From the NCBI GenBank assembly GCA_045659325.1, contig JAZOWQ010000104.1:1-47981 (forward strand): a DNA stretch of 47,981 bases, written 5' to 3'. Position 1 is the first letter of the stretch. The number at the start of each line of letters is the position of its first letter. Made by a program: the position numbers and the translations under genes. This DNA is from Faecousia sp. (GTDB lineage Bacteria; Bacillota; Clostridia; Oscillospirales; Oscillospiraceae). Below, one piece after another: positions 1-6,703 of the stretch. Under the pieces are notes generated by a model. The model was not told the origin of the DNA, searched no databases, and saw nothing but the letters and a program-made list of their open reading frames with translations.

Positions 1-54
1 AAGTGTCCACCGGACACTTGCATTCAAATGGGTTCGATTCCGTTCCTCCATACC
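1..54. repeat. tRNA-associated structured repeat (partial, cut by window edge) containing an inverted copy of the tRNA-Leu(TAA) T-arm/3' end
   Basis: 18-41 ttgcattcaaatgggttcgattcc matches 16471-16494 ttgcatttagatggattcgagtcc at 20/24. ggttcgattccg-N9-acca has the same length and ends as the tRNA-Leu(TAA) 3' end. Confidence 0.65.
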
Positions 55-92
55 AAAATAAGGGAGAGGCAGAAGCCTCTCCCTTATTTTGG
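52..92 (-). terminator. Intrinsic terminator-like hairpin; original trailer of tRNA-Leu(TAA), now downstream of the integrase
   Basis: ccaaaataagggagaggc-agaa-gcctctcccttattttgg is a perfect inverted repeat. Confidence 0.75.
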
Positions 93-1568
93 TGCACCTG
101 AGCAATCCAAATTCGAACCAGTATTCTTTTTTACTGCTATCTTTGCGTCGGTCAGTGTAATAGTGCGGTCGCCGTCTTTGAAGTTGAAAGTCAGCAGCAA
201 TTTATCATCGTGGACAAACACGGCGTTGACAAAGGTATCAATCAGCATTTGGCGGTGGCTTTCCTTTGTTACATCGAGCTTGCGGAAGCGGTGCAGCCAA
301 AACCGCATAAAGTCGGCGGGGATTTTCGGCTTCTCCAGTTTCTCTTCCGCAATCCGCACAAGCAATTCTTCCTTAGTGGATTCAAGCTGTGTCAGCTTGG
401 TTTGCAGAGCCTTGGAGACCATACCACCAAGAATGGCGTTGACGGCGTTTTCAATGGCGGTTTCGGTTTCCCGTAGCTGCTGCTCATACATCGGCAAATC
501 TGTGTTGTCCTCGTCCTGTATCCGCATAAGCATAGACACGATTGCTTCTATAGCATCATCGTCCATCAGCATATCCATTGTTTCCTTGACTACTAAATCT
601 TCAATCCATTCCTTTTTAACGGGTTTCTTTTTGCAGTCGTTCTTCTTCGTCTTGGCCGCATGGCATTTGTAGTATCTATGCGTTGTTCCATTGCGACCCG
701 TTCCACTTTCTCCGTTCATAGTTGCTCCGCAATGACCGCAGAATATCTTGGTGGACAAGAGATAGTTTTCCACCGCTTTGGCTCGGGCAGGAGCTTTCTT
801 GTTCTTCTCCAGTTTCTCTTGCACCCGTTCAAACAAGTCAAGCGGAACAATAGCAGGAATGCCATCGGGAACAACAATATCACGGAATGAATACTCGCCA
901 ATATAGCGGCGGTTACTCAGCATATGCTGAACTGCCGCCCAAGATACAGCTCTGCCCTTGGTATTGGTAACGCCCTTGTCCTTGAAATATCCTTGGATGT
1001 CAGCTATTGTTTTTCCATCGTCATATTGCTTAAAGGCTTCTACGACATAAGGGGCGGTCATTTTGTTAATCTGTAGGTGTTGCTCCTCGTCTACCACATA
1101 GCCGATAGGGAGAGTGCCGCCATTCCATAAAAGCTTGTTGGCGTTCACAGTTAAGCCGTCCACCACCCGTTCCTTTAGCTTTTCGGAATAGTATTCAGCC
1201 ATGCCCTCCAAAAGTGCTTCCATAATTATGCTTTCGCCGCCAGTACCAATGGCTTCCGTAGCGGATACCACCTTTACACCATTTTCCTTGAGCTTTGCCT
1301 TGTAAATTGCACTATCGTAACGATTGCGGGCAAATCGGTCAACTTTGTACACAAGGACAATATCGAATTGCTTCCGTTTGCTCTCCCTAATCATTTTTTG
1401 AAATTCGGGGCGTTTATCGGTTGTGCCAGACTTTGCCTTATCGATGTAGTTCCCGATAACCATATACCCATTTTGTGCGGCATACGCATTGCAAACATTC
1501 AGCTGAGCCTCAATAGATTCCTCCCGTTGACTACTGGAGGAATATCGGGCGTAGATTACTGCTCTCAT
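84..1568 (-). CDS. Large serine recombinase/integrase (resolvase + recombinase + zinc ribbon/coiled coil), 494 aa in the integrated state
   Basis: N-terminal YARYSS catalytic Ser motif, SG..KRPEF, DRFAR, and CGHCG...YYKC zinc ribbon followed by coiled coil. Confidence 0.95.
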   Translation of the reverse strand: MRAVIYARYSSSSQREESIEAQLNVCNAYAAQNGYMVIGNYIDKAKSGTTDKRPEFQKMIRESKRKQFDIVLVYKVDRFARNRYDSAIYKAKLKENGVKVVSATEAIGTGGESIIMEALLEGMAEYYSEKLKERVVDGLTVNANKLLWNGGTLPIGYVVDEEQHLQINKMTAPYVVEAFKQYDDGKTIADIQGYFKDKGVTNTKGRAVSWAAVQHMLSNRRYIGEYSFRDIVVPDGIPAIVPLDLFERVQEKLEKNKKAPARAKAVENYLLSTKIFCGHCGATMNGESGTGRNGTTHRYYKCHAAKTKKNDCKKKPVKKEWIEDLVVKETMDMLMDDDAIEAIVSMLMRIQDEDNTDLPMYEQQLRETETAIENAVNAILGGMVSKALQTKLTQLESTKEELLVRIAEEKLEKPKIPADFMRFWLHRFRKLDVTKESHRQMLIDTFVNAVFVHDDKLLLTFNFKDGDRTITLTDAKIAVKKNTGSNLDCSGAPK

Positions 1569-1575
1569 TGAAATA

Positions 1576-1628
1576 CCCCCATATGATATGTTGCAATAAT
1601 CATATCATATGGGGGATTCTTTAGTCAA
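1576..1628 (-). promoter_or_regulatory. Integrase promoter overlapped by a 15-bp perfect inverted repeat (probable operator)
   Basis: cccccatatgatatg-N10-catatcatatggggg (1576-1615). Minus-strand TTGACT (1623-1628) N18 TATGAT (1599-1604). Confidence 0.55.
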
Positions 1629-1660
1629 TTCTGTAGTTCAACTGTTCGACATATTGGAAT

Positions 1661-1984
1661 TTACTCTGTTGGTTTTTTGAGGTTTCTTTTCTTTTTGACA
1701 CTTCGTATTATTGACCATACTCCCCAGCCTATGCCGCAAACGATAACCATAACAGCAAGATTTATAGCACACCCGACATAAAGCAGTCCGTCCCAGCCTA
1801 AACAGAAGGAGGAAGCTACAAGAGCCGCCACAGCTAACGAAGTAAGAAGCATGATTGGTATAAGGCGAACAAGTATTGATTTTGCTTTCTGGCAAAGCAC
1901 CAGTTGAATTGGTAAAATTACCGCGAATGTAAAAACCAATAGAATTGGTCCAAGGTTTATACTACCTATCCAAATATCTAACAT
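1661..1984 (-). CDS. Small cargo membrane protein (about 3 TM helices), function unknown
   Basis: 107 aa, three hydrophobic segments, basic C-tail, GGAG RBS upstream. Confidence 0.75.
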   Translation of the reverse strand: MLDIWIGSINLGPILLVFTFAVILPIQLVLCQKAKSILVRLIPIMLLTSLAVAALVASSFCLGWDGLLYVGCAINLAVMVIVCGIGWGVWSIIRSVKKKRNLKKPTE

Positions 1985-2088
1985 AAGGCTATCTCCATAT
2001 CAATTTACAAATTCAAGTTTATCGGTGAGTTCATTGTATCACCGATAAACGCAAAAATCAACTGCCGCCCTTGCCCTTGGCCGCAGTC

Positions 2089-2190
2089 ACCCAATACTTT
2101 TGGCTTCCAAAAGTAATATTGGGTTATTGCCATTGGCAAGCTCCTTTTGTTTGGTCGTCTATGCTATAGGCAAACCCACCAAAAAGGAGC
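2089..2190 (+). other. Putative MOB_V-type oriT and hairpin over the relaxase RBS
   Basis: Nested inverted repeats acccaata/tattgggt and tacttttgg/ccaaaagta followed by gttat, directly upstream of the relaxase. Second stem gctccttt(2140)/aaaggagc(2183) covers the RBS. Confidence 0.6.
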
Positions 2191-3486
2191 ATGACAATGG
2201 AAATTGAAAACGAAGTAACCATATCAACACACAACGGCAGCCAAGTGGCAAGGCAGCACAACTTACGCAATCCCAAGGTTATCTGCAAAGAAGACCACAT
2301 CGACCCCAACGGGCATTTTGAGGTGTGGCTGGACGAAGACCCGAAAGCAGCCTATGAACGGCTGTTCGGGGAAGCGGTCAAAGCCTACAACGCCAAACAG
2401 ACCCGACCCGACCGCCAAATCACCGACTACTACAAACAGATTTGCGAGGACAGCAAGAAAAAGCCTGTCTATGAGCTTATCATTGGTATCTATGGAAAAA
2501 AGGCAGACGGCACACCCATTTGCAGCAAGAACGACGGCAGACGAATCCTGCGAGCCTTCACCGAGGACTGGGAAAGACGGAATCCCAACTTGAAGCTCTG
2601 CGGTTTGTACTATCACTGCGACGAATCTGTCGGCGTAAACGGCAGCCAAGTAGGTCATGTCCACATTGATTATATTCCCTATGGAGAGGGATTCTCCCGA
2701 GGAATGGCTATCCAAAGTTCATTGACAAAGGCACTGGAACAGCAAGGCTTCCAGTCGCAAGGCTTAAATAATACCGCCCAAATGCAATGGGAAGCAAGGG
2801 AGAATCAATTTTTGGCAACTCTCTGTGCTCACGCAGGCTTTGAGGTAGTGCGTGGCAAAGGCGGCAAGGAGCATTTAGACACAGCTACTTACAAAAAGAC
2901 CAAGGAGCTGCAGGAGTTACAGCAGCGGCAAGCCGAGCTTGCACAGAGCATTGCCAAGACGGAGCAAGAGTATGAGGAGCTTCAAGACAGCTACGAAACA
3001 CTGAAGTCGCAAAAATCCCTCTCCCAAGCGGTTATGGAAGCCTACGCCGAAGAAGATTTGAAAATCGAGGTGCAACGCACCCCAGCTAAAACCAACCCCA
3101 TCACCAAGCAGACAACGCCTGCCCAAGTGACGATGGCGGAAGCGGATTATCTCGTGCTGAAGGAGCGAGCCGCAGCAACCTCTTGGATTCGCAAGGCTAT
3201 GGAGGATTTGAAGCACCTCGGGGCAAAGCTGACCCGAGAGCTGAATCAACGCCGCCGAGTGGCGGAGCTGCAAGAGCGAGCTGCATCAGCCGAGGTAGCC
3301 GCCCGAGCTGCTGAAGTTGACCTTGCCAATGCCCGAGCTGAGATTGCCGACTTACGACAGCAAGCACAGGAGCAGCAAGACTGGATGGAGCAGCAAACCA
3401 CCCGAAGCGGCAAATCTATTTGGGAGTATTTCTTGGATTTCATAACCAAGCAACGAGAAAGAGACTATATTGAACATGAGCAATAA
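2191..3486 (+). CDS. MOB_V (Pre/Mob, plasmid recombination enzyme-like) relaxase
   Basis: N-terminal HNLR motif, H-x-DE...H-x-H motif (YHCDE...GHVHIDYIP), long C-terminal coiled coil. Confidence 0.8.
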   Translation: MTMEIENEVTISTHNGSQVARQHNLRNPKVICKEDHIDPNGHFEVWLDEDPKAAYERLFGEAVKAYNAKQTRPDRQITDYYKQICEDSKKKPVYELIIGIYGKKADGTPICSKNDGRRILRAFTEDWERRNPNLKLCGLYYHCDESVGVNGSQVGHVHIDYIPYGEGFSRGMAIQSSLTKALEQQGFQSQGLNNTAQMQWEARENQFLATLCAHAGFEVVRGKGGKEHLDTATYKKTKELQELQQRQAELAQSIAKTEQEYEELQDSYETLKSQKSLSQAVMEAYAEEDLKIEVQRTPAKTNPITKQTTPAQVTMAEADYLVLKERAAATSWIRKAMEDLKHLGAKLTRELNQRRRVAELQERAASAEVAARAAEVDLANARAEIADLRQQAQEQQDWMEQQTTRSGKSIWEYFLDFITKQRERDYIEHEQ

Positions 3487-3487
3487 C

Positions 3488-3526
3488 AAAAGCAGGTGCG
3501 TTTTTGAGCGCACCTGCTTTCTTTTT
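3488..3526 (+). terminator. Intrinsic terminator of the relaxase gene
   Basis: aaagcaggtgcg-tttttgag-cgcacctgcttt followed by a T tract. Confidence 0.8.
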
Positions 3527-4473
3527 GCGGCTTGGGACATATATGTGGGTCGTGGACGGGACACGAGTGTGGGGCGGTTGCCGCAAGCAAGAGACCATTC
3601 ATCATTTGTCCCGCCCCGTTTAGCAGAAGAAATGGACATACTGCTCCCTTGATTTCTCAAGAGAGCAGTACAAAAAACGAGGTCGCCCCATGTTCCCTTC
3701 ATCCCCCATGCGTCTATTTTAGCCGATTTCTGTGCGGCGAACAACTTACACAGGATTTTGCTTTCCCTACTGCCCATACGCCTCTCGACGCATGGCGTAA
3801 GCCTTTTTACAATCGTCCGTCTGATTGCTGCTTTCGCTTTGCTTACTCCGTCGCATTGCTTATACCTATCACAAAACGACCATCGCACCCGAGAGCGTCG
3901 GCATGGTGACCGTGGCAACTCTACTATATGACAGTCCAAATCCGCCATATAGATTTGTCAATCGGGCTTCGACCTTTGAATGGATACCGAAAACTTTAAC
4001 TTCCCCCATTGCAAGGGGATTTGCATGATTTTGTCTCCTTTTCATGCTGACACACCATGTGAACCACACTATTCAGGTCATGGGAAAGAATGACCAAGGG
4101 CATGAGGCTGCTTTCTTGCGGTGGAGCCTACCCTAGCAGTTTATAGAGATGCTGCTTGCTCTTTTAATTGGGACAAGGGTTGACTATTGGCACACTAACC
4201 GCCATCAAGTAACACAGCTATTAAGTCAATCGTCATTCATTTAAGTTCTCTGTGAAGTGTTCAACTTGAATCCTGTTAACCTACTAATACGAGTCCCTAT
4301 TCGGTTGTTACATCAGTATAGACGATAAAAAATCAGCAAATTGAGCGGGCGAAAGGCGTAGAAAATTCATCCGATTTTTACCCCGTTTTTCTCCATCCGC
4401 CATCCCTGCCAAGCATACGGCACTTTGACTATATCCCTATTAGAAAATAAATTTTGATAGGAGATATTGAACT

Positions 4474-4791
4474 ATGAGTAGAAAGAAAAAGCTGATTAAC
4501 AACACAAATATTCCTCAGTATGCGATTGAGCATGTTGCTCGTTGTGTAATGGACGATATTCGAGAAGCATATCTAAATGAGGAAATTCAAAAAGCATTTG
4601 CTGAATGGGAAAAAGAAATGCGGTCGCTGAAAATTAAACGAGGAATGCAAGAAAAGAAAGAGAGAGCTGTCAACACGGCAGCTCTCTCTGTTTATTTCAG
4701 TTTCTTCTTTCCTCTCGGTCCTCGTGGCTTGGATTCGGGGCGTATCTTCCAACCATTCGCAAAGTATGTTTGCTCATACCTCGTGAAATAA
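4474..4791 (+). CDS. Small element-encoded hypothetical protein; the real protein may be only the N-terminal ~55-60 aa
   Basis: AGGAG RBS and TTGACT-N17-TAAATT promoter (4425-4453). The ORF runs through a terminator-like hairpin at ~4657-4693. Confidence 0.55.
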   Translation: MSRKKKLINNTNIPQYAIEHVARCVMDDIREAYLNEEIQKAFAEWEKEMRSLKIKRGMQEKKERAVNTAALSVYFSFFFPLGPRGLDSGRIFQPFAKYVCSYLVK

Positions 4792-4847
4792 ACAATAAAT
4801 CCGAACCCATCCCCAACGGGGAATAACTGGTTCGGATTATATTGCTT
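4692..4847 (-). other. Cryptic 51-codon C-terminal segment of the integrase, fused in frame only after excision/circularisation
   Basis: Open frame from the att core: (AP)KQYNPNQLFPVGDGFGFIVYFTRYEQTYFANGWKIRPESKPRGPRGKKKLK*, same frame as integrase ...SGAPK*. Confidence 0.75.
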
Positions 4848-4934
4848 TGGTGCCGCTGACCGGAATCGAACCGGTACGGATTTTACTCCGAGGGATTTTA
4901 AGTCCCTTGTGTCTACCTATTCCACCACAGCGGC
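4848..4934 (-). tRNA. tRNA-Leu (anticodon TAA)
   Basis: GCCGCTG...AGGGA-CT-TAA-AA-TCCCT...GGTTCGATTCC...CAGCGGCACCA, 87 nt with long variable arm. Confidence 0.97.
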
Positions 4935-4980
4935 ATATATATTTGTTTTTGCATATGGAATTGCTTGGGGTATATAGGTG

Positions 4981-5122
4981 TTGTGTCTACCTATTCCCCC
5001 GTTTGCGGTACCCGATATCTTCCTTGCCGTCGGGGCGGCTGCGTCAGCTATCGACCGCGGCACACGCTGCGCCTTCGCTTATTCCGCCACTGGCGGCGCT
5101 CAGGCTCGCGGCCACAGCGGCA
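4981..5122 (-). repeat. Duplicated 5' part of tRNA-Leu(TAA) interrupted by a ~114-bp GC-rich REP-like insert
   Basis: 4981-4997 equals 4907-4923 (17 bp). 5112-5122 equals 4925-4935 (11 bp). A hairpin-rich GC insert lies between them. Confidence 0.7.
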
Positions 5123-5133
5123 AGCGCTTAGTT

Positions 5134-5162
5134 ATAGTAGCACATTTTTATCTGGCCGTCAA
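5134..5162 (-). promoter_or_regulatory. SigA-type promoter of the tRNA-Leu(TAA) locus
   Basis: TTGACG-N17-TACTAT on the minus strand. Confidence 0.7.
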
Positions 5163-5292
5163 GAACGGGTTTGCAACCTTTTTCCGCAAGGGATGGGGAG
5201 CGTTTGTGGGAAGCTGTATAATCTTGTTGCAAAACCAAAAAACTGTGTTATGATTTACATACATAAAAAGAATTTGAAATGAGGCGTATCTT

Positions 5293-6069
5293 ATGGACTT
5301 TTTCGGATATCCCATATGGGTGGTGGGGCTCATTTGCCTGGGTGTATTTTGTGCGTCCTTTATGGATGCCATTGGCGGTGGCGGCGGTATTATTTCGCTG
5401 CCTAGCTATCTGTTGGCAGGTGTGCCTGTGCATTTTGCGCTGGGAACCAATAAACTGTCCTCCTGCATCGGCACGGTGGCTTCCACGGTACGTTATGTAA
5501 AAAACGGATGTGTAGATTGGATATTGGGGATTCCCTCCATTGTGCTTGCGTTGGTGGGCGCCCATTTCGGTACCCGGCTGCAGCTGATTGTGAACGAGCA
5601 GTACCTGAAAACGGTCTTGCTGATTGTTCTGCCCGTTATTGCGGTAATTTTGCTGAAGAAAAAGGATTTGCCGGAGACCCGTCAGAGTATGTATGAATGG
5701 CGTCGCAGAGGAATCGTTTGGGGCTTTTCTCTGGTGGTAGGCGCTTATGACGGCTTTTACGGCCCCGGCACCGGTACATTTTTGCTTCTTGCATTCTGCT
5801 ATTTGGGGAAAATCGATGTGCGCACTGCCTCCGGAAATGTGAAGCTAGTAAATCTTGCCTCCAATGTAGGCGCATTGGCAACCTCATTGGCAGCGGGAAA
5901 GGTGCTGATTCCCCTGGGTTTGGTTTCCGCGGTATTCGCTACTGCCGGACAGTATCTGGGCGCGGGTCTTGCGTTGAAAAACGGTTCTAAAATTGTGCGT
6001 CCGGTGATTCTGGTCGTGCTTGTGCTTTTGGCAAGAAAAATTCTGCTGGAGCTTTTCGGAATTGCATAA
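5293..6069 (+). CDS. TSUP/TauE-SafE family sulfite exporter-like membrane protein
   Basis: DAIGGGGG..ISLP, ALGTNKL and YDGFYGPGTG motifs; multi-TM. Confidence 0.9.
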   Translation: MDFFGYPIWVVGLICLGVFCASFMDAIGGGGGIISLPSYLLAGVPVHFALGTNKLSSCIGTVASTVRYVKNGCVDWILGIPSIVLALVGAHFGTRLQLIVNEQYLKTVLLIVLPVIAVILLKKKDLPETRQSMYEWRRRGIVWGFSLVVGAYDGFYGPGTGTFLLLAFCYLGKIDVRTASGNVKLVNLASNVGALATSLAAGKVLIPLGLVSAVFATAGQYLGAGLALKNGSKIVRPVILVVLVLLARKILLELFGIA

Positions 6070-6107
6070 GAAAAAGCACCTGCGAAAAAAGCAGGTGCTT
6101 TCTTTTT
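6069..6107. terminator. Bidirectional intrinsic terminator
   Basis: aaagcacctgc-gaaaaaa-gcaggtgcttt between convergent genes. Confidence 0.8.
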
Positions 6108-6702
6108 ATTCCAGAATCAGTCTGCCGAAATGCTCCGGTGCGTGGAAGGAGATGCCTTCCGGAATGGGATTCCACATCAGATAATGGGGAATGACGGTCT
6201 TGTCGCCGCATTTATAGCAGTTACCGTAGAATTGCAGACCGGATTTGGGCTGAAAATCGTGGAAGAAATTCTGAATAAACTGGAAAGGAATGGTGTAGGT
6301 GATCTCCCAGCCACCCTCTGTAAAATTCACAACCGGTTTGAATGTGTTCATATGGTTGGGAAGAATCAAGCGGATGATGTTGGGCTTGCCCTTGCAGTAA
6401 CCCAAAAACAACGCGCAATTGGCATTGAATTCGAAGTTAAAGTAGTGCAAATCCTCCGTGGGCCGAATGAAGAATTCCAGACAGCTATCCTCCCAAATGG
6501 GATCAAATTTTTGTGTCAGCTCCTTGCGGATGTTTTGCTCCTTGCAGGACAGATGCACATGGATGCCGGTATCATCCCAGCAAAGCTGTGCTTGTGCCGT
6601 TATGTTATGCTTAATATCCTTCTTCTGATAATCAATGTGCATAACAGGAATTTGACTCCAGTCAGGTTGTCCTTCCACACGCTTGATCACATATTCTTTC
6701 AT
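6106..6702 (-). CDS. Carbohydrate-binding family 9-like (CBM9/DOMON-like) protein
   Basis: WEDSCLEFF, YFNFEFN, GNCYKCGD..PHYLMW and FHAPEHFG motifs. Start MKEYVIK at 6702 follows the upstream stop. Confidence 0.8.
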   Translation of the reverse strand: MKEYVIKRVEGQPDWSQIPVMHIDYQKKDIKHNITAQAQLCWDDTGIHVHLSCKEQNIRKELTQKFDPIWEDSCLEFFIRPTEDLHYFNFEFNANCALFLGYCKGKPNIIRLILPNHMNTFKPVVNFTEGGWEITYTIPFQFIQNFFHDFQPKSGLQFYGNCYKCGDKTVIPHYLMWNPIPEGISFHAPEHFGRLILE

Positions 6703-6703
6703 A

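Larger units (their letters stand above)
88..4853. mobile_element. Integrative mobilizable element (serine integrase + MOB_V relaxase) inserted at the 3' end of tRNA-Leu(TAA)
   Basis: 8-bp core tttggtgc at 88-95 and 4846-4853 (tRNA CCA end). Inward arms agcaatccaaattcgaaccagt (101-122) and actggttcggattatattgct (4826-4846) form an imperfect palindrome when joined. Integrase and relaxase lie inside. Confidence 0.88.

Noticed and set aside
28-672. 214-aa + strand ORF
   Set aside because: Antisense shadow of the integrase; Ser-rich, no RBS or motif.
3352-3948. 198-aa minus ORF (and 125-aa plus ORF 3532-3909) as a Rep protein
   Set aside because: No Rep or HUH motifs, atypical composition, and the minus ORF runs through the terminator into the relaxase.
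4847-5282. ORFs of 91-105 aa around tRNA-Leu(TAA)
   Set aside because: They overlap the tRNA, the repeat and the promoter; translations of structured DNA.
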